Positions 1 to 12,715 are shown, counted from the first letter of the stretch. The stretch is 64,000 bases of DNA from Selaginella moellendorffii (GCF_000143415.4 NW_003314278.1:2386373-2450372), one strand, 5' to 3'. Notes: a model not told the origin generated them from the letters alone. A program made the numbers and translations.

Positions 1-82
1 ACATATGCATACCGAAGAGACGGCAAATAACCATCCCAATCCAAATGCTGAAAGTTCACATACTTCGCAATCATCCCCTTGA
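1..82 (-). mobile_element. Inverted integrase fragment of the same Ty3/gypsy family as the element at 80-5687
   Basis: Its reverse complement (TCAAGGGGATGATTGCGAAGTATGTGAACTTTCAGCAT...CGGTATGCATAT) matches about 4866-4946 almost exactly. Confidence 0.9.
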
Positions 83-485
83 GGGCCAAGTGTACGGCTA
101 TGATGCCGTATACTAATATTAGCATAGTGGGATTTTGGTAGCCGTCGGATTAGTTTCAATCTGGACCACTCGCTCCTGTATATAAACTAGGGTTTTTGGG
201 CTAACTGATATGCACATTTCTGTATTCCCTTTCCATATTCCAAGCACTCACATTGGTGGAGGTGAGGGGCACCTTTGATTGTCCCTGAGGAGTGCTTGGA
301 TTTGGGATTTTGGTTTAGATCTAGCTTTTGCATTGTCTAGATCTAGCTTTTTCCATTTCCTTCTTTTTGTTCTTTCCTTTCAGGATTTTGGTTTAGATCT
401 AGCTTTTTGCATTGTTTAGATCTACCATTTCCTTCTAGCTTTTTGTCATTTCTCTTCTTTTGCTCTTTCTTTTTCATTTGTTTCC

Positions 486-2018
486 ATGGCAGATCAGCAA
501 TCTCCTCCTTTGACTCTCGAGCAGCAATTGGTCCAATTGCTTGATGCTATGCGCTTGCAATTGAACTGTAAGCTCCTGAGTTTGGACTTCCCAGGAGGTC
601 ACCCAGCCCAGTACTATTCAAACCCAAGGACGCTTAACTCTAAATATCCCAAGACCCTTAACCGATTAGAAAAGGGGGTGCACTCTTGTTCATGGGCCCT
701 TTCCCTCTATATTTGAACCCCTATGGATCGTCTCTCGAGTCGTTCCCTTTGGTTGCTTACAATCCACCACGCTTCCCTGCAAGTTCACGCCCTCGTGAAC
801 GGAAGCTGAAAGCCGCAGCTCTCCCGAGAGCCCCGCTCTCTTGACACCCTACCCCTCGGGTCGAGCCCAGTGGGAGCAAACTGGACCAGCCAGATGTCAA
901 TCAACATGTGGTGCGATTCCCCTAGCCAACCAACAGAGTCGGACCCGAGACCTCTCTGATACCAAATGTAAGCTCCTGAGTTTGGACTTCCCGGGAGGTC
1001 ACCCAGCCCAGTACTATTCAAACCCAAGGACGTTTAACTCTAAATATCCCAAGACCCTTAACCGATTAGAAAAGGGGGTGCACTCTTGTTCATGGGCCCT
1101 TTCCCTCTATATTTGAACCCCTATGGATCATCTCTCGAGTCGTTCCCTTTGGTTGCTTACATGAACAACCAAACTCAATTGATGGCGGCATTCACGGCAC
1201 GTGGTCCAACTCCTCCTGCTCTTGGTGCCAATCCTTGCGTTTGGCTGGAGTTCGTTCGTGGGAATCCCGGGGATGATGTGTACCATTGGTTCGATCACTT
1301 CACGGTGATTGCCACATATCATTCTTGGGATGATGCTCGACTTTTACGTGAGTTTCTCACATATCTCCAAGGGACGGCGTTGCAGTGGTATAATGGATTG
1401 AGTGCGGCCACTTGTGAGGATTGGAGTGTTCTTCCGGATGTCTTCAAACGCGCCTTCGGACATGCCGACAATTGTGACGATGCCTTCCAACAATTGCATC
1501 GTCTTCGCCAAGGGCCATCTGAGTCGGTGATGCAATTTAGCGTTCGTTTCCGAAGTTTTTTGCTTCGTGCGGAGCCCAATATGTCGGAGCGGATCAAGCT
1601 AGGAATGTTGTGGCCAGCACTTCGTCAAGATCTTGTCGGCCTTGTGCATGCACTTGCTCCTGCCACCCTTGATGATGCTCTTCGCTTGGCACAACGTTAT
1701 GAGACGTCGCCTCTTCCACTTCTCGCTGCACGTCCTTCCACTCCACTTTCTATGAGTGATGGTTCTATTCCCATGGAGGTTGATGCTGTTGCTCCTCGAG
1801 TCCAAGGACAAGGACAAGGACGTGGTCGTGGCCGTGATGTTTGTTGCTGGGCGTGTGATGAAGTTGGTCATACTTATCGGCGTTGTCGGCGCTTTCCGGA
1901 TTGGCGACCTCTATTTCCTGGGTGGAGACCTTGGCGTCAACAACGTCCCGTTGGTGCTGCTGCAGTGGAAGGTTTGGACACCGAGATGAATCCGGGAAAC
2001 GAGGAGTCGCGCGAGTAA
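486..2018 (+). pseudogene. gag: gag (capsid plus CCHC zinc knuckle), interrupted by a Cassandra insertion
   Basis: MADQQ...RLQLN joins NQTQLM once 567-1166 is removed. Capsid motifs YLQGTALQWY and LRQGPSESVMQF; zinc knuckle CWACDEVGHTYRRC. Confidence 0.9.
567..1161 (-). mobile_element. Intact Cassandra-type TRIM (5S rRNA-derived LTRs)
   Basis: 195-bp LTRs at 567-761 and 967-1161 (TGTAAG...CTTACA, 3 differences), perfect TSD TGAAC, minus-strand Met PBS TGGTATCAGAG and a non-coding internal region of about 205 bp. The LTR contains AGTTAAGCGTCCTTGGG...AGTACTGGGCTGGGTGACCTCCTGGGAAGTCC, the 5S A-box/IE/C-box region. Confidence 0.93.
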
Positions 2019-5000
2019 TGGAGGGACCTTGTGCGAATAAGTCAGTGACCCCTCCATCTTTCTTTCGGGAGTATCATCAAGGGGTTCACTCGGCACCAGT
2101 TCATCCAGTGTTTACTTTCCAAGCTCATCTTTATAACAAGAGGTCTCCTATTATTCTCTCCGTGTTGGTTGATACAGGTTCGAGTTTATCTTCTATTGCT
2201 CGACCTGTTGCCACACGTTGTCGTCTACACTTGCGTCGTGCGGCAGAACTAGTTTTCATTCTTTATGGCAACGGCCGTACACATGCATGTGCACGGGATG
2301 AGGCAGACCTGGTTGTGCGTGTAGGCGATCTCGAGCTTGAGTTGCAGTCATTGCGGGTGGTGCCGAGTCAAGCTTTTGACCTCATTCTTGGTATGGATTG
2401 GTTGCAGCGCAATCATACCAAGTGTGACTTTGAGGCTTCTCCCCCTTGTCTCATACTTCCTTATGTTTCCTCCATTCCTCTCACATCTGTACCTCTTCGT
2501 CCCTCTACTTCTACCTCTGCTTCCATTACTTTTGTTCCCCCACTATTTCCTCCTGTGTTTCCATTTTGTTCTGCTCTTCCCTTTTCCGATCCCTTCGACG
2601 ATCTTTGTGTTGCAGCAGTTGACCGGCTCATGAAGGAGTATTCTAATCTCTTTGACTTTGACCTATCGTCTGGAGCCAAGATTGCTATACGTCATCCGAT
2701 TCCAACAGGGGATGCTCGTCCAATCAAGGTTTTTGTTCGTCGTCGGTCACCAAAGGAAATCAAGATTTTACATGCAAATGTCCAGGAGATATTGGAGAAG
2801 GGGGTTATTCTGAAGTCGCGAAGTCCTTGGGTATGTGAACCTCATCTTGTGACGAAGCCTGATGGGAGTATTCGTTTCTGCATCGACTATCATCCGTTAA
2901 ACGACGTAACGATCCCGGATGTGTACCCTCTTCCTCACATTGTTGATCTCTTGGATCGTCTGGGGCGAAGTCGTTGGTTTACCAAGCTAGATCTTGCTTC
3001 TGGGTACTGGCAAGTACTGATGGCCGAAGAAGATATTCCTAAGACTACTTTTCGTACACCATTTGGTTTGTATGAGTTCTTGGTGATGCCATTTGGTTTG
3101 AACAATGCTCCAGCAACTTTTCAACGGATGATGGACGAGGTTCTTTGCGATATGCCGGAGGTGACTGCTGACTTCATTGATGATGTCTTGATCCACTTGG
3201 AGGGGACATGGGAGGAGCACGTTCGTGATGTTTGTAAAGTGTTGGATCGGCTACGTAACGTTGGTTTAAAGCTGAAGCGGTCGAAGTGCGTGTTTGGATC
3301 CAAGGACACAACTTATCTTGGGTACCGTATTTCTCGTGAGGGTTTGCAAGTTGATCCTGACAAACTTGTGGCTGTTCTAAAGTTCCTTACTCCGAAGTGT
3401 GTGAATGATGTGCAGCGCTTCTTGGGCAAGATGCAGTATCTTGGGCGTTTTGTGGATCATCTTTCTGATCGCACTACGCCATTGCGAGCGTTGCTGAAGT
3501 CATCAACATCATCTTTCATCTGGTCTCCGGATTATGAGCGGGCGTTTGGGGATCTCAAAAAGTTATTAACAACTCCTCCGGTTTTGGCATATCCTGACTA
3601 CACTCGACCTTTTATTTTGCGCGTGGATGCTTTTGACATTGGTCTTGGAGGTGTGTTAATGCAAGAGAGCTCGAGTGTGCCTGGTCAATGCCATCCCATT
3701 GCATATATAAGCCGTACATTATAACCAGTGGAGATGAACTACTCCACAACAGAGAAGGAGTGTTTAGCAGCAGTTTGGGGTTTCGAGAAACTTCATGCAT
3801 ATCTACATGGTTCTTGGACGTTACTTGAAGGTGACCATACTGCTGTTACTTCGTTATTAAAGCGAAAGAACTTAGTTGGTCGTACTACTCGGTAGGCTTT
3901 GAAGCTTCAGATATATGATTTTGATGTTGTTCACCGCCTAAGGAGTTCTATGGCTGATGCTGATGCCCTTTCTCGAGCTCTTCTTCCTTCTTCATTCTCT
4001 TCTCATGTTTCTGACGAGCCTGTCGTTCCAGCATCTATGGATTTTCTAGACGAAGATTCTGTGCCGTCGGCGGTTGCTATACTTGACGTTCAGTGTCCAC
4101 AAGGTGCAGAGCAAGATCTACCTTCGCTTGATGAGGTTCGCGAGGCTCAAAAGATTGAGCCATGGATTCGAAGGCTTCGAGATGGGTTTGAGAATCTTAC
4201 ATCACTTGCTGATGACTTGCCTTTCCGGCATTTACATTCTCAATATCGTCTTGAAGGTGGCCTTCTTTATTTTGTGGGGACAGATTCTGATGATCATTTA
4301 CGGCTGGTGGTGCCTTCTATCTTTATTCCGCGGTTTCTCCATGCCTACCATGATTCTCCTATTCTAGGTGGGCATATAGGACATCGTTGTGTAATCGAGA
4401 AGCTACGCAGGTCTTTCTATTTGCCAGAGATGCGACGTGATATTATCCGGTATGTGCGTAGCTGCGTTTGGTGCCAAGCTCGTAATACTCCCCCTCGGAC
4501 TGCGGAAGGACGGTTGGAGTCAATTGCAGTTTCCCGTGCATTTGAATTGGTGGCATTTGATCTTATGGGACCTTTTCCACGGTCAACTGCTGGCAATGAG
4601 TATGTTATTATTGCTTCTAACTATTTGACTCATTAGGTGGAAGTTGGTGCTCTTGCTAGTGCCTCTGCAACTGCTGTTGGATACTTCCTCCTCAATCGAG
4701 TGGTGTTCCAACATTCTTGTCCAGAGCGGATTCTTTCAGATAATGGTCCCGCTTTTATGGCTGAGGCGTTTCATGTTTTGACGTCTCGGTTGGGGATTCG
4801 CCACACTTTCACGAGTGCTTATCATCCACAATCAGACGGTCTGGTGGAACGGCTCGTTCGGATGTTCAAGGGGATGATTGCGAAGTATGTGAACTTTCAG
4901 CATTCGGATTGGGATGGTTATTTGCCGTCTCTTCGGTATGCATATATCACTGGGGTGCAGAGTTCTGTTGGTGCTTCACCATATAAACTCCTATATAGTC

Positions 5001-5482
5001 ATGATCCAATATTACCAACGGAGCTGGGTTTACCTTCGTGATTGCCACGAGCTACAGATGCTAGGTCATGGGATCAATATTTGACAAGCATTCTTCCACT
5101 TGTCCGAGCGGAGTCTGCCGAACACTTAGGCCGCGTACAAGTGGGACAACAACGGCGCTACAACTCCCGTCATCGTCCACCTGCGGAGTACAAAGTGGAT
5201 GATTTGGTGTTAGTCCGTTTTCCCCATCTTACGGTACGTGGTTTGTCTAAGGGGCTCCTTGCACAGCGGAAAAGACCATATCGGGTGTTGCAGCAAGTTG
5301 GACCACAAGTTTATGAGGTTCGGCATGACGTTCAGCAGGCTGATCCTCCAGAGATTGTGCATGTGCAGCAGTTGGAACGCTTCATACAAAGGGATCAAGA
5401 GCAGTTAATACCATCTATAGATCCGTCGATGCCTCCTCCTGATGTTCCTCCAAATCCCGGCCCGTCTACAAAAGAACCCTAA
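1994..5482 (+). pseudogene. pol: pol polyprotein (protease, RT, RNase H, integrase) with in-frame stops
   Basis: Protease VLVDTGS and LILGMDWL; RT RFCIDY, MPFGLNNAPATFQ and FIDD; integrase HHCC region, ILSDNG and YHPQSDGLVER. Stops near 3722, 3893, 4634 and 5039; at least those at 3893 and 4634 are TGG>TAG. Confidence 0.93.
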
Positions 5483-5687
5483 TGGTCTTCCATTATCCTG
5501 AGAGGGGGGGATGATGTGAGGGCCAAGTGTACGACTACGATGCCGTATACTAATATTAGCGTAGTGGGATTTTGGTAGCCGTCGGATCAGTTTCAATCCG
5601 GACCACTCGCTCCTGTATATAAGCTAGGGTTTTTGGGCTAATTGATATGCACATTTCTGTATTCCCTTTCCATATTCCAAGCACTCA

Positions 5688-5821
5688 GAAAAGATGATTT
5701 ATTAAAATTTAAATATAAAAAAAAGGGCCCATAAGCAAAAATAAACCCCCTTTTTCAATTGGTTAAGGGTTTTGGGTTTAAGTAATTTTCTTCTTGGGAA
5801 GTTTAAATTCAAGAATTTACA
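5688..5821 (+). mobile_element. Degenerate partial Cassandra LTR
   Basis: AT-shifted match to the Cassandra LTR (GGGCCCATAA, GGTTAAGGGTTTTGGG, GGGAAGTTTAAATTCAAGAATTTACA). Confidence 0.6.
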
Positions 5822-5937
5822 ATTTATAAGCGGTATCAATTTTTTTTTATCCCTTTGTTATGAAGGTAACCTCAACTTTGTTGGTAGTATTAGGTAATGA
5901 CTAATGCAATTTGAATGATTAAAGTTCATGTACTTTG

Positions 5938-6640
5938 AGTAAGCTCTTAAGTTTGAACTTTGCAAAAGGTTATCGAGCCCAATATTATTTAAACCAATGA
6001 CCCTTAACCTTAAGTATCACAAGACTTTTAGCCGATTGGAAAAATGGGTGTACTTTTATTCATAGATCTTTTCTCTTTATATTTAAACCCTTATAGATTA
6101 TTTATTGAATCATTTATTGAATCATTCCACTCTACCCCTCAAGTCAGGTCTAGCTAGAACAAATTGGACCTACCAAATGTCAATTAACATATGCTGCAAT
6201 TCCCGTAGCCAACTAGCAAAGTCAAACCTAAGACCCTTTCTGATACCTCCATAGAGCCCTTAACAAACCAACAGAGTCAAACTTGAGCCCTTCTTTAATA
6301 CCTCCCGAGAGCTTTGCTTTCTTGACACCCTACCCTTTAAGTCAGGCCCAGCTAGAGCAAATTAGACCCACCAAATGTCAATTAACATGTGGTGCAATTT
6401 CTTTAGCCAATTAATAGAGTCAAACCTAAGACCCTCTTAAATACAAAATGTAAAGCTCCTGAGTTTAGACAATTCCCAGGAGATCACTCAACCCAGTACT
6501 ATTCAAACCCAAGAATGCTTAACCTTAAGTATCCCAATACCCTTAATCAATTAAAAAAAGAAATGCACTAGGCCTTTTCACTTTATATTTGAACCCTTAT
6601 GAATCATCTCTCGAAATCATTCTCTTTACTTGTTTATATT
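5938..6640 (-). mobile_element. Degenerate Cassandra TRIM with duplicated internal domain
   Basis: Two decayed LTRs (about 5938-6130 and 6449-6640) flank two copies of the internal block (CAAATGTCAATTAACAT...). Confidence 0.8.
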
Positions 6641-6763
6641 TTGCAATCATCCTTTTGAAAGTCCAATCGAACTATTTTACCAAACCATCCATATATAGAT
6701 GATTAGCACTTGTGAGAGTGTGATATATCCTCTGCTAAGATGTTAAAACATGAAATACCTCAC

Positions 6764-9231
6764 TATGAAACACAAATCCCTAAGCCCTAAGGTAGAGCTG
6801 AAAAAGTGCCACATGGTAGTGGTCGAAGTGGAAGTCCAACAAGCATAACATGTTTGGACCAAAAGCTTTGATTTGGAAAGTCAAGAGCAAAGTGCTTAAG
6901 AAATGAGTAACAACTCAAACCCTGAACTCATACTCCAAGAATTGTATAAGGACAAAAGCTTTTATTCCTTTAACAATTCAGCCAAAACTTCAGCTAGCAA
7001 TCTAATCCACTCTTGCCCACAGTGCGGGCACATTGTACTCACTCACTATTCACTAGATAACCTTGTTTGTTTTGCATGTCACCGCACTCGAATATGTTGT
7101 ATCACTGCATTGGCTCTATGCTATGCTCCATTGTTTTACCTTTTTTACTTATACCACACTCCACTTGTCATTCTTCTCTCTACCCTAACTTCTCTTAACT
7201 TCCTCCCACCTCCCTATATTCTTTTGAAATATTCAAATATTCCTTTAAAATCTTCTCAGCTCCTACTTATTTTCTTCTCATAAAGCTCTTAACTAAAAAA
7301 AATTACAAAAAGAGAAAATTTCTACCATCAACAATAAGCATGAAGCAATCAATGAATGAGTCTCTATAAAGGGACACAAAAAGGACTGACACATAGCAAG
7401 TGGCATGACATATAGAAGTGTCGAGATCAAATCTAAGATAGAATTCGAGATGGAGTTCGAGAAGGAGTCTAAGAAGAAATTTGAGATGGAGTTTGAAAAG
7501 GAATCCAAGATGGAGTCTGCGAAGGAATCCGAGATGGGGACCAAGACCGAGATCGAGACCGAGACCAAGACTGACTGAGACTGGGGCCAAGACCTAATTC
7601 AAGACCACATTTGAGTCCAAGTCCAAGTCCAAGGGTGAAAGCCCAAAGCATCATTTCTTAGACCTTAGGGGGTTTAATGAGATCCAAAAGGATAGTAGGA
7701 GGAGGACTCCAATTTATCAAAGAAAGGTCAATATGACCAAGGAAGGTTATATCTATGTGGTGGATAATAATATAACCACTGAAACTAAAGTGAACACGAA
7801 TAGACAAATAGGGAATTTAGTGAAGTGTTCAAGAGTTGGTTTTAGTTCCCCAGAAGATCGAATGGTCGATGCTTCCAGTCCAAATGCCTACCTACTTGGA
7901 ATACCTAGTGTGGCTCATCAGAACCTTGCTTTAGCTATATAGCAAGTGTAAGCAACCAAAGAGAACGACTTGAGAGGCAATCCATAAAGGTTTAAATATA
8001 AAGGGATAGGGCCTATGAATAAAAGTGCACCCCTTTTTCTAATCAGTTAAGGGTCTTGGGATATTTAGGGTTAAGCGTCCTTGGGTTTAAATAATACTGG
8101 GCTGGGTGACCTCCCAAGAAGTCCAAACTCAGGAGCTTACATTTGGTATCAGAGGGGTCTCGAGTCCGACTCTGTTGGTTGACTAGGGGAATCGCACCAT
8201 ATGTTGATTGACATTTGGCAGGTCCAGGTTAGCTAGGGGAATCGCACCACATGTTAATTGACATCTGGCAGGTCCAGTTTGCTCCCGCTGAGCTCGACCC
8301 AAGGGGTAGGGTGTCAAGAGAGCAAGGCTCTAGGGGAATCACACCATATGTTGATTGACATCTAGCAGGTCTAATTTGCTCCCGCTGGGCTCGACTCGAG
8401 GGGTAGGGTGTCAAGAGAGCGAGGCTCTCGGGAGAGCTGTGGCTCTCAGCTTTTGTTCACGAGGGCTCGACTCGAGGGGTAGGGTGTCAAGAGAGCGAGG
8501 CTCTCGGGAGAGCTGTGGCTCTCAGCTTTTGTTCACGAGGGTGTGAACTTGCAGGGAAGCGTGGTAGATTATAAGCAACCAAAGAGAATGACTTGAGAGG
8601 CGATCTATAAGAGTTCAAATATAGAAGGAAAGGGCCCATGAATAAAAGTGCACCCCCTTTTTCAATCGGTTAAGGATCTTGGGATACTTGGAGTTAAGCG
8701 TCCTTGGGTTTGAATAATACTGGGCTGGGTGACCTCCCGGGAAGTCCAAACTCAAGAGCTTACAGCTAAGACACCTAAGGGTAGAAGGTGAGGAGAGTGT
8801 AGAGCCCCAGTGTTTCAAAACATTATCCCAAATCCTAGATTGGGGAAAGGAGGAAGAACAATTCTCATGTGTAATGACTAAAGATACAATCACATAGTGA
8901 GGAAGCCTAACGGTCAAGATTCCATAACATATGGCCTAGTCAAATGGTATGGTACAAATGGTCTTAGATTACTAATAAAATAAGGGTAAAAAAACATAGC
9001 CTTAGTGTAATAGGCTAAAATGTTAATAATACTTTTGGGGTGTTGGTCATAGGATTAGAAATATGGAGTATTTGGACCAAGTGCAAAGGCTAAGTGGTAT
9101 AGATGTTATTTATGAGTTAGCATATTCCCAAGTCGTGAATAGAACTTATAAAGGTTGTGAGTGAGACTCCTTCAAATGATCAAAGATGTGGCTAAGTGAC
9201 TAAAGTAGAAAGAAAAATTTAATCACTTACA
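6764..9231. mobile_element. Insertion of a third LTR-element family (solo-LTR or deletion derivative) with GAGACC/GAGTCC hexamer repeats
   Basis: It splits the decayed integrase with a near-TSD CTCAC/CTCAG. Its end AGAAAAATTTAATCACTTACA resembles the end of 12716-13657. Hexamer repeat at 7400-7630. Confidence 0.6.
7947..8764 (+). mobile_element. Cassandra TRIM with tandemly amplified internal domain
   Basis: LTRs at 7947-8141 and 8570-8764, PBS TGGTATCAGAG at 8144, and internal sub-blocks repeated up to three times. Confidence 0.9.
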
Positions 9232-12200
9232 CTCAGTTATAAATATAGAACCATTATCTAAGAGAATCCACTTCAGATATGAATATTCGAACACCACTTA
9301 ATTGAGAAGGAAGTATTCAATAGTAGTTGTAGATACATTAGCAAGAGCACTAACATCCACCCAATAAGTTAAGTAGTCAAAAGTAATAATGATGTATTCA
9401 TTGCTAGTAATCAATTTTGAAAAAGGCCCTATCAAATCAAATACCACAAACTCAAACAAACATGAAACTATAATTCACTTCAACTATCCTTCCACAACAT
9501 AAGGGGGAATATTATGAACTTGGCACTAAATGCAATTGCATATATACTGAATAACATCATGTCATATTTCTAGTTAATAGAAAGACTTGTGTAGCTTCTT
9601 AGTCACACAACGATGTCCCATACGCCTTCTTAAAATAGAGGAGTCATGAAAAAAGTATAAAATAAAGATCAAAAGCACCACCAATTGTAAATAATCATCA
9701 CGATCAGTCCTCACAAAATAAAGAAGGTCATCTTCAAGGTGATATTAAGAATATAAATGCCAAAAAGGCAAGTCATCAACAAGTGATGCATAATTTTTAA
9801 ATCCATCACAAATCCTTTGGATCTATAATTTAATTTTTTAAGCCTTATGAACTTTATTAGGAGAAGATAAATCTTGCTCTACATTTCATGAATACTAAAC
9901 ATCTAGTATAGCAATTGTTGATGGTATGGAATCCTTGTTTAAAAAACCCATTAATGCTAAAATAACATAGTCATAAAAAATATAAGAAGAGAGTTAAGAA
10001 GGAGATAAGCTCAAGAAAGGGTGTCAACATCAGCTATAAAAACTCCCTAGGCAATGAATAACCTTAAAATCATATATCTAAAGCTTCAAAACCCACTAAA
10101 TAATATAATCAATTAAATTCTTCCCTTTCAATAATGAAGTAATTGCAATATGATAACCTTTAGTAAATTGGTTGCAATATATGGCTAATATATGTAATGG
10201 GATGACACTGACAAAGCATACTCATGCTCTTTTATATCAATACACCCCTAAGACTAATATCAGAAGCATCTATGCATAAAATAAAATATCATTTGTAATC
10301 AAAATATACCAAAATAGAAGGAGGCATTTAAGATCTATAAATGCCCATTTCTAGTTCTCAAATTAAATGAACAACAATGTTAACAACAATGTTAACAACT
10401 TTAGAAACACTCTCAATGGTGCAATATGATCAGAAAGATGATAAAGAAAATGATTGAAATATTGTACCTTGCCTAAAAAGTATTGCATATCATTCACACA
10501 CTTTGGAGTAGGGAACTTTAGAATAACCACAAATTTATTAAGATTAACTTACAAACCTTTATAAGAAATATAATAAGTGGTAACCTTAGACCCAAATATG
10601 CATTTAAACCACTTATTAACTTCCCCAACCAATCCAACACCTTGCAAACATCACAAACATGCTCTTCCTATATCCCCTCAAAATAGATTAAGATATCATT
10701 GATGAAGTTAATAATCACCTTTCGCATATTGTAAAGAACCTTATTCATTATCTATTGAAAAGGCACTAGAACATTGTTTAAACCAAATAATATCATCAAG
10801 AATTCATACAAACTAAATAGTGTATAAAATATAGTTTTGGAAACATTTTCCTTAGCTATTAGTACTTACTAGTATCTAAAATTTAATTAATTAATTAATT
10901 AATTTCCTTTAATTTGGTAAATAAATAACTTCTTCCTAGACGATTCAATAGATAGTAGTGTGTACATATCTAGGGTAGTTACCTCATTTAATAGATGATA
11001 GTCGATGCCAAATTGATTCATCAAGCTTTATCACAATATAAAGTTCACAAGTGTAAAGATTCTAAGACTTTCAGATAACACCTTTCATTAACATCTCTTT
11101 AATGTTTGTATATAAAATCTTGATTTCCTTTGATGATCGATGCCAAACAAAAACCTTAATTAGATGAGCATCTCCTGTTAGAATAGGATGATACATTACA
11201 ATCTTGGGCCCCAAATGATAGATTAAAGTCGAGAAGATTAACATACTTCTTCTTGAGCCGGTTAACCACTACAACATAAAAACTATCTAAGGGATATAAA
11301 AAGGGAATAAATTAGTAAGATGGAAACACAATAGGAAGTAAAAGGGTTATAAAAGTGATAAAAGTAAAAGGACATAGTGGTTCACTTTGAAATCCGAATC
11401 CAATTCTGCATTGACAATAATAGCGTGAAGCATTTTTCCTACTGCTATAATGAGAGGCTAGAAACAACAATCTTAGTTGGAGGGGATTGGTTACACAATA
11501 ACGAGGAGAGGACCTCCATGCAACAATAGCATCACTATTACTGGAGATTGTACACTCCTCATTAGTTCACCATACTATGGGATTTAAGACTGTACATCTT
11601 CAAGGGCATTTTGTAACTTTGAGAAACTTTAAGTGTTATATGGATGGAGATCAAGTGAGGTAGTGCCTCCACAAATTTTACAACTGACTTAAGTCCTTTA
11701 CATTAATAGGTGTAGTCACATGGGAGAGATGAAGCTAGGGACTATAGATAAGGAATAAAGTTCACAACCACTAAAGATTGGGAGCATGTGTTTATGGAGT
11801 GAGCAGCATGGATCTGTGCTATATAGAACTAAACTCTAGTTCCCTTGATATAAACTGTACAAAACTAGACTCTAGTTCCTTTGATCCTTCTTTTGTCACT
11901 ACCTCTCATATAACTCTTCATTTCTTGAAAGAAATTTTATGTCAAATTACCATTGTAGTAGCATCAATAGAACATTGATGATGTTAAGGCTTCCATCTAG
12001 AAAATGAAGGATGTCAATTTGGAAAACACCAAAAACACTTATATGTGTGGCCAACTTCATCACACATTTAACAATTAACATCACAGCCACAACCATATCC
12101 TTGTCCTTGCCCTTGAACACAAGTAGCAATAGCATCCACCTCCATTAGAACAAGATCTATATAGCAATAAGTGAAATAAATAATGTCTCATAATGTTGTA

Positions 12201-12342
12201 CCAGTTGAAAAGTGTTGTTAAGAGTGGTGAGAACAAATACATGCATAAGTTTCACAAGATTTTGATGAAATACTAGCGACAACATTCTTAATTTGATTTA
12301 AATCTAACCTACACATGCCATCATTTGGAAGGATATGGGAAA

Positions 12343-12537
12343 TGTAAGTTTTTGAATTTGGACTTCTTGAAAGGTCACCCAGCTTAATATTATTCTAACC
12401 CAAAGACACTTAACCCCAAATATCCCAAGACTTTTAACCGATTGAAAAAGGGGGTGCATTCTTATTCATGGGCTCTTTCCCTTTATATTTGAACCCTATG
12501 GATCGTCTTTCTGAGTCATTTTCTTTGGTTTCTTATA
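12343..12537 (-). mobile_element. Cassandra solo LTR
   Basis: Single 195-bp LTR homologue with near-TSD GGAAA/GAAAA, lying in the decayed gag. Confidence 0.85.
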
Positions 12538-12715
12538 GAAAACTCTCATAGATATAGGGCATCATCCCAATAATGATATCATTGTAAAATGATTGAACTA
12601 ATTATATATATAATCCTTAGTATTCCCATAGAAGAACTCTAGCTAGATGTGAGGATTAGCAGTAAAAGTAAAAGTTGCACAATATATTATAAATGCCACT
12701 ATTAATTAAGTTTAA

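Larger units (their letters stand above)
80..5687 (+). mobile_element. Full-length but inactivated Ty3/gypsy LTR retrotransposon
   Basis: 171-bp LTRs at 80-250 and 5517-5687 (TGAG...CTCA, 7 transitions apart). PBS TGGTGGAGGTGAGGGG at 254-269 is tRNA-Ala-like; PPT GAGAGGGGGGG at 5500-5510. Domain order is gag-PR-RT-RH-INT. No TSD is visible. Confidence 0.95.

Noticed and set aside
584-639. 5S rRNA gene
   Set aside because: Only the internal promoter core is present, embedded in LTRs with a TSD. It is Cassandra, not rDNA.
8160-8560. CRISPR-like or satellite array
   Set aside because: Eukaryotic context with no unique spacers; these are internal duplications of a TRIM.
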